Part shown: one piece after another, positions 20,297-31,272 of the stretch | Numbering within the stretch: the stretch's first letter is position 1 | How the letters are laid out: the number at the start of each line of letters is the position of its first letter | Assembly (NCBI GenBank): GCA_964558665.1 | Contig: CAZLFA010000005.1 | Coordinates: forward strand, 7,603 to 71,602 | From: an uncultured Syntrophaceae bacterium | GTDB taxonomy: Bacteria; Desulfobacterota; Syntrophia; Syntrophales; PHBD01 | DNA length: 64,000 nt | Reading direction: 5' to 3' | The notes under the pieces: model-generated | What the model was told of the DNA's origin: nothing | What the model saw: the letters and a program-made list of their open reading frames with translations, nothing else | The model's database searches: none | Made by a program: the position numbers and the translations under genes

Positions 20297-20764
20297 ATGG
20301 AGCGCATCGAAGACAGGATCAGTGAACTGGCAGATCCTCTCGTCGAATCAGAAGGGATGGAATTGATTCATGTGGAATGCGTGAAGATGAAATCCCGCTG
20401 GATAATACGGCTTTTTCTCGACAAGGAAGGCGGCATTACAATCGATGACTGCGCTGAAATCAGCAATCAGTTGGGCGACATCCTGGACGTACACGATGTG
20501 CCTCCGGGACCATATACCTTGGAAGTATCGTCACCGGGGCTGGATCGCCCTCTTTCACGGGACAGGGACTACAATAAATTCAAAGGAAGAAGAATACACG
20601 TGAAACTGATTGAAAAAGTCAACGGCAGTAAAAATTTCGATGGACTACTCGTTGACTATATACAGGAAGCAGAAGGAAAAACCATCATTATGGATGTTGG
20701 CGGCAGTATTCTGCATATTCCAAGACAAAAAGTTGCGAAGGCCAATATCAAAGAGGATATCTGA
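20297..20764 (+). CDS. rimP: ribosome maturation factor RimP
   Basis: PYTLEVSSPGLDRPL motif. Position upstream of nusA. ATG at 20297 chosen over the upstream GTG. Confidence 0.85.
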   Translation: MERIEDRISELADPLVESEGMELIHVECVKMKSRWIIRLFLDKEGGITIDDCAEISNQLGDILDVHDVPPGPYTLEVSSPGLDRPLSRDRDYNKFKGRRIHVKLIEKVNGSKNFDGLLVDYIQEAEGKTIIMDVGGSILHIPRQKVAKANIKEDI

Positions 20765-20828
20765 GACAACCGGGCATTTGGTTAAATCGCCTTAAAGGTC
20801 TTATATATAAATACTGGAGGAGCTTTCA

Positions 20829-22091
20829 ATGTTTTCAGAGCTTAAACGTCTGATTGAACAGATGGGCAAAGATAGGGGAATCGATAAACAAATCATTATC
20901 GAGGCGCTTGAGGCGGCTATGCTGACGGCTGCGCGCAAAAAACTCGGTCCCGAAGTTGATATCGAATCCCATTATAACGAAGAAGCCGGCGAGATCGAAG
21001 TGTTTCAGTTCAAAAAGGTCGTGGAGAAAGTAGTCGATCCGGACACACAGATATCTCTGGCCGAGGCAAGGACCAGCCTGGACGAGGAAGCCGAGCCGGG
21101 TGACAGCCTGGGGATGAAAATTGATACCAGCACATTCGGCAGAATCGCCATACAGACAGCAAAACAGATCATCATCCAGCGGGTAAAAGACGCGGAACGC
21201 GACAATATTTACGACGAATATAAGGACAAAAAGGGAGAGTTGGTGAACGGCTTCGTCCAGCGTTTTGACGGTGGAGCGATAATTGTCAATCTGGGACGTG
21301 CGGAAGGGGTAATCCCTACTTCTGAACAGATTCACAGAGAAGTATATAAACGGGGAGAAAGAATAAGAGCCTATATCTTCGATATAAAAAGGATATCCAA
21401 AGGGCCGCAGATTATTCTGTCACGGACGCATCCGGGATTCTTAAAGTCTCTTTTTGAAGTGGAAGTGCCTGAGATATCGGAAGGGCTGATTGAAATAGTC
21501 AACGTGGCCAGAGAACCGGGGAAACGCGCCAAGATATCGGTTCGTTCCAAGGATAAGGATATCGATCCCGTAGGAGCCTGTGTCGGCATGAGAGGCTCCC
21601 GCGTCCAAAGTGTAGTTCAGGAACTTCGGGGAGAAAAAATCGATATCGTGCCCTATGCGGACGATCAGGCAAAATATGTATGCAGCGCGCTGTCCCCGGC
21701 AAAGGTTGACCGCGTCTTCATGGATGAAGACAACCGGTCGATGGAGATCATCGTTCCCGACGACCAGTTGTCGCTGGCAATAGGAAAGAACGGACAGAAT
21801 GTCAGGCTCGCAGTCAAATTGACAGGCTGGAAAATTGATGTAAAGACGGAGGCCATCGCCGCCGATCAGCAGGAGGAAGGGTATCAGTCCCTGATGAACA
21901 TTCCGGGCATAGGGGAAGTTACAGCCGAGCGTCTTTACAATGAAGGACTCAAGAGTGTTGCGATGATAGCCGCAACAGATGTGGAAACGCTTTCAGCCAT
22001 ACCGGGGATTGGTGAAAAGACCGCTTCCCAGTGGATCGATGCTGCAGTGAAGATCATAGAGCAGAAAGCCGGTGGAGAAAAGAGCGATTAA
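20829..22091 (+). CDS. nusA: transcription termination/antitermination factor NusA
   Basis: N-terminal domain, S1 and two KH blocks (GACVGMRGSRVQ), C-terminal HhH region. Confidence 0.95.
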   Translation: MFSELKRLIEQMGKDRGIDKQIIIEALEAAMLTAARKKLGPEVDIESHYNEEAGEIEVFQFKKVVEKVVDPDTQISLAEARTSLDEEAEPGDSLGMKIDTSTFGRIAIQTAKQIIIQRVKDAERDNIYDEYKDKKGELVNGFVQRFDGGAIIVNLGRAEGVIPTSEQIHREVYKRGERIRAYIFDIKRISKGPQIILSRTHPGFLKSLFEVEVPEISEGLIEIVNVAREPGKRAKISVRSKDKDIDPVGACVGMRGSRVQSVVQELRGEKIDIVPYADDQAKYVCSALSPAKVDRVFMDEDNRSMEIIVPDDQLSLAIGKNGQNVRLAVKLTGWKIDVKTEAIAADQQEEGYQSLMNIPGIGEVTAERLYNEGLKSVAMIAATDVETLSAIPGIGEKTASQWIDAAVKIIEQKAGGEKSD

Positions 22092-22133
22092 TACATATTT
22101 ACATTTTTAACCATCTTTATGGGAGTTTCAGGG

Positions 22134-24761
22134 ATGTCCAAAAAAAGGGTATACGAGCTGGCTAAAGAATTGGGGATAGAAAACAAAGAGCTGATCGGAC
22201 GTCTTGAGAAGCTGGGTATTGCCGTAAAATCGCACTCCAGCAGTCTCGAAGATAGCGATGTAGAAAGGGTCAGGAAGGATTTTCTTTCCACCGAGGCACG
22301 GGAGGTGGTCGAAAAGAGGATCAAATCTACGGTCATCAGAAGAAGATCTGTAGTAACTCATACAGAGGAAATCGCTGCGGTTGATGCGGAATCTGCAGTA
22401 CCTGATGCGGCTATAGAGCCACAAAAAGAAGACAAGGTCGAAATCGAAGTGGTGCCACCCAAACCGGCGGCAAAAGAAGAACCTGTCGTCCAAGCCGTGC
22501 CTGTGAAAGAAGAAATTCCGGAAAAGCAGGAACCGCCCAAGGCGCCGCAAGAGATAACGCCGCAGGAAGCCGCAGAGGAAAAGCCCATCGTCCAGATGCC
22601 GCCCAAGGCTGAGATCAAGAAGTTCCCCCCCAAAAAAGACAAGGCACCGGAGCAACCAAGGCCGAAACATACTGAAGCTAAGGAAGTGCATAAAGAGGCG
22701 CCTAAAAAAGAGCATCCGTTGACACCGGGACTCAAGGTTGTGAAGCCTGCGCCTCCCTCCGAAGAGGCCAAACCATTAAAGCTTGAGCCGGAAAAATTTG
22801 CCAAAAAGGGGAAAAAACCGGTTGAAGTGGTAATGGGGGATCAGGCGGCGACCCGCAAAAAGGCTTTCATAAAGAAGAGCGTGGATAAAAAGGATCGCCG
22901 GGAAGACACTGATACTGTGGATGACCGACCGCTCAAATGGGTGCCAAAGTGGAAAGAGGAAAAAAAACCGACGGTCGCCAAGATGAAAAAGACCGAGATT
23001 ACCGTTCCCAAGGCGATTAAAAGACGCATTAAGGTTGTGGAAGCAATAACCGTCGGCGATCTCGCAAAGAAAATGGGCGTTAAGGCCAACGAGGTAATAA
23101 AGAAACTGGTTGCATTGGGTCTGATGGTCACAATCAATCAGGCCGTGGACTGCGATACCGCATCAATCATAGCTTCCGATTTCGGTTATCAGGTCGAGGC
23201 GGCGGTTGAGTATGAAGAAGCGTCCTACAAACCCGAGACGCAGTCGGACAATCTCAAGCCCCGAGCGCCGGTCGTAACGATTATGGGACATGTCGATCAC
23301 GGTAAGACGTCCCTCCTTGATGCGATACGCCAGACCAATGTCATCGGTGGCGAAGCGGGCGGAATTACGCAGGCAATAGGGGCATATCACGTACATATTA
23401 AAGACAGGGACATCGTCTTTCTGGATACTCCCGGTCATGAAGCATTTACAGCCATGCGCGCACGCGGAGCAAAAGTTACAGATATTGTGGTTCTGGTAGT
23501 TGCAGCAGACGATGGGGTTATGGATCAGACAATAGAGGCCATCAACCACTCCCGTTCTGCAGGCGTTCCCATCATGGTTGCCATCAACAAGATAGACAAG
23601 CCGGGCGCAGATCCCGGTAAAATAAAGCAGGCTCTTACCGAATACAGCCTGGTGGCCGAAGAATGGGGCGGTGATACTATCTTTTCCGAAGTCTCCGCAA
23701 AAAAGAAAACCGGAATAGAAGAATTGCTTGAACTCATTCTGTTGCAAGCCGATATCCTGGAGTTAAAAGCAGATCCCGACCGTCCCGCAAGCGGTGTTAT
23801 TATTGAATCAAAGCTTGATCGGGGCCGCGGACCGGTTGCCACAGTGCTCATTCAGGAAGGCACCCTGAGAGAAGGCGATGCCTTTGTGTCGAAGACTGAA
23901 TTCGGCAGAGTGAGAGCTTTGATAAATGATCAGGGCAAGAGGGTCAAAGAGGCCGGACCCGCAATGCCGGTTGAAGTAATTGGCTTTTCCGGGGTTCCTC
24001 AGGTCAGCGCCGAATTCACCTGCGTTGAGGATGAAAAGAAAGCCCGCAGTATCGGAGAATACTGGATGAGAAAAGAGCGGGAACGTGAACTTTCCGCGTC
24101 ATCTAAAATAACCCTGGAACAGTTATATCAAAAAATAAAGGAAGGCATCAAAGAGCTTAATGTAATCATTAAAGGTGATGTTCAGGGGTCAATAGAGGCC
24201 CTTTCAGAGTCTTTAAACAAACTGAGCACGCCTGACATCAAGGTAAAGATAATTCACAGTTCAACAGGAACTGTTACAGAGACGGACGTCATGCTCGCGT
24301 CGGCGTCAAACGCCGTAATAATCGGATTTAATGTCCGCCCGGACGCGAGGGTTACAGAACTCGCCGAAAAGGAAGGCGTTGACATCAAGCTGTATGACAT
24401 CATTTACAACGTCATCTCGGATGTTAAAGCCGCAATGGAAGGGCTGCTGGAACCGGTTTACAAAGAGGTTACACAGGGAAGAGCGGAAGTCCGCCAGCTC
24501 TTCAAGGTCCCCAAGGTGGGCACGATAGCAGGCAGCTATGTACTGGACGGCAAGATTACACGGCAGAGCAGCCTCAAGCTGGTGAGAGACGGTGTTGTTA
24601 TCTATACTGGAAAAATCTCTTCGTTACGGAGACTGAAGGATGATGTCCGGGAGGTAATGTCCGGGTTTGAATGCGGTATAGGCATAGAAAACTTTAACGA
24701 CCTTCATGAAGGGGATGTGATAGAAGCCTATACCAGCGAAAAAGTTGAACAAAAACTTTAG
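22134..24761 (+). CDS. infB: translation initiation factor IF-2
   Basis: [14 protein letters not shown] start, Pro/Lys/Glu-rich N-region, G domain [24 protein letters not shown]. Confidence 0.95.
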   Translation: MSKKRVYELAKELGIENKELIGRLEKLGIAVKSHSSSLEDSDVERVRKDFLSTEAREVVEKRIKSTVIRRRSVVTHTEEIAAVDAESAVPDAAIEPQKEDKVEIEVVPPKPAAKEEPVVQAVPVKEEIPEKQEPPKAPQEITPQEAAEEKPIVQMPPKAEIKKFPPKKDKAPEQPRPKHTEAKEVHKEAPKKEHPLTPGLKVVKPAPPSEEAKPLKLEPEKFAKKGKKPVEVVMGDQAATRKKAFIKKSVDKKDRREDTDTVDDRPLKWVPKWKEEKKPTVAKMKKTEITVPKAIKRRIKVVEAITVGDLAKKMGVKANEVIKKLVALGLMVTINQAVDCDTASIIASDFGYQVEAAVEYEEASYKPETQSDNLKPRAPVVTIMGHVDHGKTSLLDAIRQTNVIGGEAGGITQAIGAYHVHIKDRDIVFLDTPGHEAFTAMRARGAKVTDIVVLVVAADDGVMDQTIEAINHSRSAGVPIMVAINKIDKPGADPGKIKQALTEYSLVAEEWGGDTIFSEVSAKKKTGIEELLELILLQADILELKADPDRPASGVIIESKLDRGRGPVATVLIQEGTLREGDAFVSKTEFGRVRALINDQGKRVKEAGPAMPVEVIGFSGVPQVSAEFTCVEDEKKARSIGEYWMRKERERELSASSKITLEQLYQKIKEGIKELNVIIKGDVQGSIEALSESLNKLSTPDIKVKIIHSSTGTVTETDVMLASASNAVIIGFNVRPDARVTELAEKEGVDIKLYDIIYNVISDVKAAMEGLLEPVYKEVTQGRAEVRQLFKVPKVGTIAGSYVLDGKITRQSSLKLVRDGVVIYTGKISSLRRLKDDVREVMSGFECGIGIENFNDLHEGDVIEAYTSEKVEQKL

Positions 24762-24826
24762 CAACAGATTCGGCCAGTTAAAACTGATTGTTAAAAGCAA
24801 TTCAGAGAAAAACATAGAGTCACTCT

Positions 24827-25165
24827 ATGATTATAGGTTCAGGCATTGTTGAACTGCTCATCGCAGAAAGTCGATCTCTTAAAGAAAAGCGATCTGTTCT
24901 TAAGAGCATACTGAAGAGAACACAGAACGAATTTAATATATCGATTGCCGAGATAGGCGACAACGATCTATGGGGACGCGCCAGGCTGGGATTCAGCATG
25001 GTCGGCAACGACAAGCGATTGATCGACGCCAAGATCAATCATATGCTCAAGTTCATTGAAAGCATGAATCTGGCAGAGATAGTCAACGCAAAGATTGAAA
25101 TGATCGGCATGTCAGACGAATTGCCTCCTGTGCAATATGAGGAGGAAAAATATGACATCATTTAA
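24827..25165 (+). CDS. DUF503 (YlxP-like) protein
   Basis: About 110 aa between infB and rbfA, as in the B. subtilis ylxP position. SLKEKRSVLK motif. Confidence 0.7.
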   Translation: MIIGSGIVELLIAESRSLKEKRSVLKSILKRTQNEFNISIAEIGDNDLWGRARLGFSMVGNDKRLIDAKINHMLKFIESMNLAEIVNAKIEMIGMSDELPPVQYEEEKYDII

Positions 25166-25526
25166 AAGAGCTGACCGGGTTGCAGATCTCATCAAGGCTG
25201 AGATATCCGATATACTGTTGAAGCAGATAAGAGATCCGCGAATTGGTCTGGTGACAATCACCGGTGTGAAAATGACCGACGATCTTCGTATTGCCAAGGT
25301 GTTTTTTGTCGAGATGGGCAAAGATACCTTAAGCGACGAGACCGTCAGCGGATTGAACAAGGCAAAAGGATTTTTGAAAAGAGAGCTCGGCAAAAGGCTG
25401 AAGCTTAGATATATGCCCGATATCATTTTTCATTATGATCCGTCATTCGCGTACGGGAACCGTATTGAAAAGCTGATAGCAGAGATACACCACGAAGAGG
25501 AAGTGAATGCTGAAGAAGATCGCTGA
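25152..25526 (+). CDS. rbfA: ribosome-binding factor A
   Basis: RADRVADLIKAEISDIL...DPRIG...VTITGVKMTDDLRIAKVFF. aggagg RBS before the ATG at 25152. Confidence 0.9.
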   Translation: MTSFKRADRVADLIKAEISDILLKQIRDPRIGLVTITGVKMTDDLRIAKVFFVEMGKDTLSDETVSGLNKAKGFLKRELGKRLKLRYMPDIIFHYDPSFAYGNRIEKLIAEIHHEEEVNAEEDR

Positions 25527-26460
25527 TGTCATCGTACAACATGACAAATTTCTTGTGACATCACATGTGAGACCTGACGGGGATTCATTGGGATCCACCC
25601 TGGCTTTGTATCACATGCTTCGGAACATGGGGAAATCTGTTACAGTTTATAATCAGGACAAAACCCCGGACAACTACCGTTTTCTTCCCGGAGCCGGAGA
25701 GATTGTGCATGAACTGCCTGCTGTATACGCTTACGACGTAGTATTCATACTGGATTGCAGTGAACTGGAAAGAATCGGAGAGGAAGCGGAAAAGATTACC
25801 AGTGGCCGCCTGATGATCAATATAGACCACCATATATCCAACAGGCAGTTTTGCGAACTGGCATTCATAGACGGACACGCCAGCTCCACGGCCGAACTTT
25901 TATTTCGACTCGCCGATGTCATGTCCATCAATTTGACTAAGGATATAGCAGACAATCTATATACAGGCATTCTCACGGATACAGGCGGTTTTCGCTACGG
26001 GAGCACAAGCAGGGAATCATTGGCGGCAGCATCATTAATGGTGGCCCATGGCGCCGATCCTCAGTGGCTTTCAGAAAACATATACGAGAATAATCCTGAA
26101 GCCAAAATCAAGCTGCTTGCACGGGTTCTTGAAACACTTTCTTTCGACCTTGATGGAAGAGTTGCTTCCCTGGTAGTTTACCAGAAAAGCCTTGATGCCG
26201 CCGGCGCCATGATGGAGCATACGGAAGGTTTCGTAGACATTCCACGATCGATTGCCGGTGTGTCAGTCTCCATATTATTCAGTGAAATGAACGACACTCT
26301 GTATAAAATAAGTCTGCGGTCGAAAGGGCATTACAATATTGCTCGTGTCGCCGAAAAATTCGGTGGAGGCGGCCATGCAAACGCAGCGGCGTGCAGACAT
26401 AAAGGTGATATCTCCGATGTAAAAGAGAGCATCTTGAACGCAGTGGCCGATGTATTTTAA
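25507..26460 (+). CDS. nrnA: DHH/DHHA1 phosphoesterase (NrnA-like oligoribonuclease/pAp phosphatase)
   Basis: HVRPDGDSLGS, NIDHHISN, GGGHANAA. Confidence 0.8.
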   Translation: MLKKIADVIVQHDKFLVTSHVRPDGDSLGSTLALYHMLRNMGKSVTVYNQDKTPDNYRFLPGAGEIVHELPAVYAYDVVFILDCSELERIGEEAEKITSGRLMINIDHHISNRQFCELAFIDGHASSTAELLFRLADVMSINLTKDIADNLYTGILTDTGGFRYGSTSRESLAAASLMVAHGADPQWLSENIYENNPEAKIKLLARVLETLSFDLDGRVASLVVYQKSLDAAGAMMEHTEGFVDIPRSIAGVSVSILFSEMNDTLYKISLRSKGHYNIARVAEKFGGGGHANAAACRHKGDISDVKESILNAVADVF

Positions 26461-27402
26461 ATGAATATGGATGGGATTGTTGTAATTAATAAACCCGCGG
26501 GCAAGACATCACACGATATAGTTTATGATGTGAAAAAAACTCTTGGCGCAAAAAAGGTGGGACACACGGGAACACTGGATCCCTTGGCTACGGGCGTGCT
26601 CCCCATTTGTATCAACGAAGCCACCAAGATTGCACAATATCTTACTCAGGATAAAAAAGAGTATCGGGCCACGATGCAATTGGGCATAAGAACCGATACC
26701 CTGGATATAGAAGGCAATATAATAAACCGAAGCAATCCTTGTGTTACCAGAGGGGATGCAGAAAGAGTTCTCGGCAGACTAACGGGCATCATAGAACAGT
26801 TGCCGCCTATGTTCTCTGCCGTTAAATATAAAGGAAAAGCTTTATACAAATGGGCCAGGCAGGGCATTGCCGTCGAGACAACATCCAGAACCGTAGAGAT
26901 TCAGAAGATCGAGATACTGGATTTTTCTCTGCCGTATGTCACCTTTGATGTATGCTGTTCCAAAGGCACTTACATCAGGTCTATATGCTCGGAAGCAGGT
27001 GATATGTTGGGATGCGGTGCATGTCTCACCGCGCTGGAGAGAACCAGGAGCGGGGCATTTACCAGCAGCATGGCGATATCCCTGACGGGTTTGAACACCG
27101 AGGAGAAAAGAAAAATTATCGGAAGGGAAACAATCCGCTTAAGGGACAGCCTGCCGGATGTTTCTTCCCTGATCATTGACAAATCATATGCGGATAAAAT
27201 CAGGGACGGTTATCAACCGTCGGTGGAAGCCATGAAAATGTATCATATTCCTTTTCTTGCATCAGGAGATATGATAAAGTTTATAATAGATGAAGAAGGC
27301 CTGATTGCCTTAGGTAAAATGATGTGCTCATCGGATGAATTATCATCTCTTGAGGACAGGAAACAGGCTGTAAAAATATTAAGGGTTTTCAACAGCGGAT
27401 AG
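26461..27402 (+). CDS. truB: tRNA pseudouridine(55) synthase TruB
   Basis: GHTGTLDPLATGVL catalytic Asp motif. C-terminal PUA-like region. Confidence 0.9.
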   Translation: MNMDGIVVINKPAGKTSHDIVYDVKKTLGAKKVGHTGTLDPLATGVLPICINEATKIAQYLTQDKKEYRATMQLGIRTDTLDIEGNIINRSNPCVTRGDAERVLGRLTGIIEQLPPMFSAVKYKGKALYKWARQGIAVETTSRTVEIQKIEILDFSLPYVTFDVCCSKGTYIRSICSEAGDMLGCGACLTALERTRSGAFTSSMAISLTGLNTEEKRKIIGRETIRLRDSLPDVSSLIIDKSYADKIRDGYQPSVEAMKMYHIPFLASGDMIKFIIDEEGLIALGKMMCSSDELSSLEDRKQAVKILRVFNSG

Positions 27403-27501
27403 CTTGAAATTCAATGGCGTTCGGAAAATTAGTTTGCCGGAAAACAATCTATGAGGCTGTAAACTAATCAGAGATGAATAGAATAAGGAGGAGATAAGGC
27501 A

Positions 27502-27768
27502 GTGTTAGATACGGAAAGAAGAAAAGACATCATTGGCAAATATAAAGTCCATGAGAACGATACAGGTTCTCCGGAAGTTCAGATTGCATTGATCAGCGCC
27601 AGGATAGAATACCTCACACAGCATTTCAAGGCGCATAAAAAAGATCATCACTCCCGCCGAGGATTACTGAAACTTGTCGGACAGAGAAGACGCCTTCTTG
27701 ATTACTTGAAGAAGAAGGATGTGGAGCGATACAGAAGTGTCATCCAGCGTCTGGGACTCCGGAAATAG
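27502..27768 (+). CDS. rpsO: 30S ribosomal protein S15
   Basis: [38 protein letters not shown] start after ggaggag. Confidence 0.95.
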   Translation: MLDTERRKDIIGKYKVHENDTGSPEVQIALISARIEYLTQHFKAHKKDHHSRRGLLKLVGQRRRLLDYLKKKDVERYRSVIQRLGLRK

Positions 27769-27791
27769 TTTTTATCTTCATCGGCATGAAG

Positions 27792-27832
27792 AGGCAGTGC
27801 AACATTGCATAGGGCATTGTTGCAGAGTGCCT
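27792..27832 (+). promoter_or_regulatory. long imperfect hairpin in the pnp 5' leader (candidate RNase III/PNPase autoregulatory site)
   Basis: AGGCA-G-UGCAACAUUGC / GCAUUGUUGCA-GAG-UGCCU. About 16 pairs folded by hand, 58 nt before the pnp ATG. Confidence 0.35.
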
Positions 27833-27889
27833 TATTCCTATGCTGATGGCAGAATGTCATTTGCTTTGGCAATGAAAGGAAATTAAATA

Positions 27890-30013
27890 ATGAGTCAAGT
27901 ATTTAGTGAAGATTTTGCAGGAAGACCCATCTCACTGAAAGCGCGGTATATGGCCGAACAGGCTGATGGTTCAATCCTGGCAAGATATGGAGATACCGTT
28001 GTGCTTGTGACAGCTGTATCTTTGAAGTCCGCGAGGGAGGGCCTTGATTTTCTGCCTCTTACAGTAGACTACCAGGAGATGACATATGCGGCAGGCAAGA
28101 TACCGGGCGGTTTTTTCAAACGGGAGGGAAGGCTTAACGAAAGAGAGGTACTGACATCACGTATTATCGATCGCTCTATCCGACCGCTCTTTCCCAAAGG
28201 ATATTTCTTTGAAACCCAGTTAGTAGCAACGGTACTATCTGTGGATGGGGAAAATGATTCAGACGTAGCGGCAATGTTAGCAGCGTCTGCTGCCCTCGAG
28301 ATATCCGATATCCCGTTCAGTGGACCCATTGCCGGAGCACGTGTCGGGCGTATCGATGGGAAGCTTGTCTGCAATCCGTCACCGGAGACCATGGCGCAGA
28401 GCGATATCAACCTCTTCCTGGTGGGAAGAAAGGTTGTTCCGGGCACAGGCGGAAGAGATTATGATGTGAACCTTGTTATGCTCGAAGGAGATGCCAAGGA
28501 GGCAGATGAAGATTCAATTGTCGAGGCCATCAATTTCGGTCTGGAGTCAATACGACCCATGATTGACCTGCAGGACAAAATGCGCAAGTCAATTGGAACG
28601 GCCAAGCGACAATTCAGCGCGCCGACGATTGATGTATCTTTGATCGAGAAACTGTCGGGAGAAGCGGATGCCGGATTACGTGATGCCTATAGCACACCAA
28701 GAAAGCAGGAAAGATATGCCAAGCTCGACTATATCAAGGAAAACCTGATCAAATCCTTCGTAACCGAGAATGGAGAAGTATCCTCATCAACCGTGGCAAA
28801 CATTTACGAAGGGCTGGAACGAAAAGTTCTGAGAGAGAAGATTCTGCAGGAAAAAAAGCGCATCGATGGACGCTCCTTTACCGACATAAGATCTATATCA
28901 TCAGAAGTAGGAATTCTGCCCCGTGCCCACGGATCTGCTCTGTTCAACAGGGGAGAGACCCAGGCTCTGGCAGCACTTACTCTCGGTACGTCATCCGACG
29001 AGCAGAGGCTTGATTACATAGCAGGGGAAGAACGGCGGGCCTTCATTCTCCACTATAATTTCCCTCCTTATAGCGTCGGAGAGGCAAGGTCGCTGAGAAG
29101 TCCGGGTAGAAGAGAAATCGGTCACGGAAACCTTGCCAGAAGATCATTATTGCCGATACTTCCTTCGCCTGAGACATTCCCCTACACAATAAGGATTGTC
29201 TCGGAGATTCTGTCTTCCAATGGTTCCTCATCCATGGCGACAGTATGCGGCGGCACTCTCGCCCTTATGGACGCAGGGGTGCCGGTAAAGGATATTGTTG
29301 CCGGTATTGCCATGGGCCTGCTTAAAGAGGGTGATGATGTTGTAGTCCTTTCCGACATCCTCGGCGACGAAGATCATGCCGGAGACATGGACTTCAAGGT
29401 GTGCGGTACGAAAAAAGGCGTCACAGCAATGCAAATGGATATAAAGATAGACGGCTTAACCGAAGACATCCTAAAGAAGGCTCTCTATCAGGCCAGGGAC
29501 GGCAGAGTTTTCATAATCGACAAGATCAGCGAAACGCTTGCCGAACCGAGAAAAGATATATCTCTCTATGCACCACGAATTACAACAGTGATGGTCAGAC
29601 CGGAAAAGGTCCGAGACGTGATAGGATCCGGCGGCAAGAACATCAGACAGATAATCAGCGAGACAGGCGTAACTATAGACGTGGAAGATGATGGAACTGT
29701 TACGATAGCCTCCAGTGATGCAGATGCGGCAGCCCGTGCAATAGCAATGGTCAAGTGGCTTACGGAAGATGCCGAGATTGGCAAGATATACAAAGGGACA
29801 GTAAAGAAGGTTGTTGATTTTGGAGCCTTCGTTGAAATTCTGCCGGGAACTGAGGGCTTGGTGCATATATCTCAACTGGCAAAGGAACGTGTTAACAAGG
29901 TTACCGACGTCGTTAAAGAAGGCGATGAAATATACGTCAAGGTTCTTGAAATTGACAAACAGGGAAAGATCAGGCTGAGCAGGAAGGAAGCCTTGGGATT
30001 CAATGATCAATAA
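27890..30013 (+). CDS. pnp: polyribonucleotide nucleotidyltransferase (PNPase)
   Basis: Two RNase PH domains, FKVCGT, KH (GSGGKNIRQI) and S1 (GKIYKGTVKKVVDFGAFVE) domains. Confidence 0.95.
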   Translation: MSQVFSEDFAGRPISLKARYMAEQADGSILARYGDTVVLVTAVSLKSAREGLDFLPLTVDYQEMTYAAGKIPGGFFKREGRLNEREVLTSRIIDRSIRPLFPKGYFFETQLVATVLSVDGENDSDVAAMLAASAALEISDIPFSGPIAGARVGRIDGKLVCNPSPETMAQSDINLFLVGRKVVPGTGGRDYDVNLVMLEGDAKEADEDSIVEAINFGLESIRPMIDLQDKMRKSIGTAKRQFSAPTIDVSLIEKLSGEADAGLRDAYSTPRKQERYAKLDYIKENLIKSFVTENGEVSSSTVANIYEGLERKVLREKILQEKKRIDGRSFTDIRSISSEVGILPRAHGSALFNRGETQALAALTLGTSSDEQRLDYIAGEERRAFILHYNFPPYSVGEARSLRSPGRREIGHGNLARRSLLPILPSPETFPYTIRIVSEILSSNGSSSMATVCGGTLALMDAGVPVKDIVAGIAMGLLKEGDDVVVLSDILGDEDHAGDMDFKVCGTKKGVTAMQMDIKIDGLTEDILKKALYQARDGRVFIIDKISETLAEPRKDISLYAPRITTVMVRPEKVRDVIGSGGKNIRQIISETGVTIDVEDDGTVTIASSDADAAARAIAMVKWLTEDAEIGKIYKGTVKKVVDFGAFVEILPGTEGLVHISQLAKERVNKVTDVVKEGDEIYVKVLEIDKQGKIRLSRKEALGFNDQ

Positions 30014-31268
30014 AACGATTCTCGACAACGGTGTTCGTGTAATTACGGAAGAGATCAGCCATGTTCATTCCGTATCCATAGGTGCATGGATTCGATGTGG
30101 TGCCCGCCATGAAAGCAACGGCACAAATGGAATGTCTCATTTTATTGAACACATGCTCTTTAAGGGAACGAAGACACGATCGGCATTTGACATAGCGTCG
30201 GCGATAGATTCCGTCGGCGGTATAATGAATGCATTCACGGGCAAGGAGTACACTTCGTTTTATATTAAAATCCCCGACTATCATCTGGGGCTTGCGATTG
30301 ATCTTCTCGCAGATATATTTCTCAACTCAGTCTTTGATAAAGAAGAGTTTTCCAGGGAAAAAGCTGTTATTCTTCAGGAAATACTCCTGTTGGAAGATTC
30401 GCCTGACGAACATATTCATGACCTTTTCGAAACCATGTTCTGGAACGGCAACTCCCTGGGATTGCCTATATTGGGGAAAAAAGAGCAGGTCGAAGGTTTT
30501 AAAAGAAAAGACGTCATCGAATTTTTCAAAGGGCACTATTGTGGAGATAACCTGGTAATCACAGCAGCCGGCAATCTCAAACATGACATTCTGGTCGATT
30601 ACGCAAACAGGCACTTTGGTTCACTGCAAAGGAGCTACGAGCATTATAACAAGAAAGATATGTCAGTCCCTCTAGTATCAGCGAAGATTGAATCTTTTGA
30701 AAAGGAACTGGAACAGGTTCATCTGGTTATCGGCACGGTAGCGCCATCGGTTGTCAGTGATAAGAGACATGCCGGAGTGCTTATCAATGCCATTCTCGGC
30801 GGCAGCATGAGTTCAAGGCTTTTTCAGGAAATAAGAGAAAAAAGAGGGCTTGCATACGCCATTCACTCATATATTGTGCCTTATATAGACACGGGGATGC
30901 TGGGCATTTATGCGGGCATGATGGAGGACAAGCTGCAGCAGGTTATCGGGCTGATTCTTGATGAATTGAACCGTTTGTCTGTAGAAGGACTCACAGAAAA
31001 AGAGCTGTCCTCCACAAAAGAACTGATTAAGGGAAACTTCCTCCTGAGCATGGAAAGCACTGACAACCGGATGTCACGACTGGCAAAAAACGAGTTGTGT
31101 TTCGGGCGTCATGTTCCTTATGAAGAGATAATAGCACGTATAAATGCCGTTGAGGTGAAAGATATTCTTGAATTGTCGAAGGAGTTGTTCAACCCGGCGA
31201 TAATATCCATAGCGGCAACCGGCAAGGTATCTAACAAGGATCTTACTCTTGGAATCCTTCGAGGGTAA
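30003..31268 (+). CDS. M16 family zinc peptidase (insulinase-like)
   Basis: HFIEHMLFKGT (HxxEH) motif. 421 aa. Confidence 0.85.
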   Translation: MINKTILDNGVRVITEEISHVHSVSIGAWIRCGARHESNGTNGMSHFIEHMLFKGTKTRSAFDIASAIDSVGGIMNAFTGKEYTSFYIKIPDYHLGLAIDLLADIFLNSVFDKEEFSREKAVILQEILLLEDSPDEHIHDLFETMFWNGNSLGLPILGKKEQVEGFKRKDVIEFFKGHYCGDNLVITAAGNLKHDILVDYANRHFGSLQRSYEHYNKKDMSVPLVSAKIESFEKELEQVHLVIGTVAPSVVSDKRHAGVLINAILGGSMSSRLFQEIREKRGLAYAIHSYIVPYIDTGMLGIYAGMMEDKLQQVIGLILDELNRLSVEGLTEKELSSTKELIKGNFLLSMESTDNRMSRLAKNELCFGRHVPYEEIIARINAVEVKDILELSKELFNPAIISIAATGKVSNKDLTLGILRG

Positions 31269-31272
31269 GTCC

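Noticed and set aside
22128-23747. Minus-strand ORFs of 195, 148, 98 and 194 aa inside infB.
   Set aside because: They are antisense to the Pro/Lys/Glu-rich N-terminal region and the G domain of an unambiguous IF-2 gene. No RBS, and the composition does not look protein-like.
29471-30028. A 185-aa minus-strand ORF at the pnp 3' end.
   Set aside because: It is antisense to the KH and S1 domains of PNPase.
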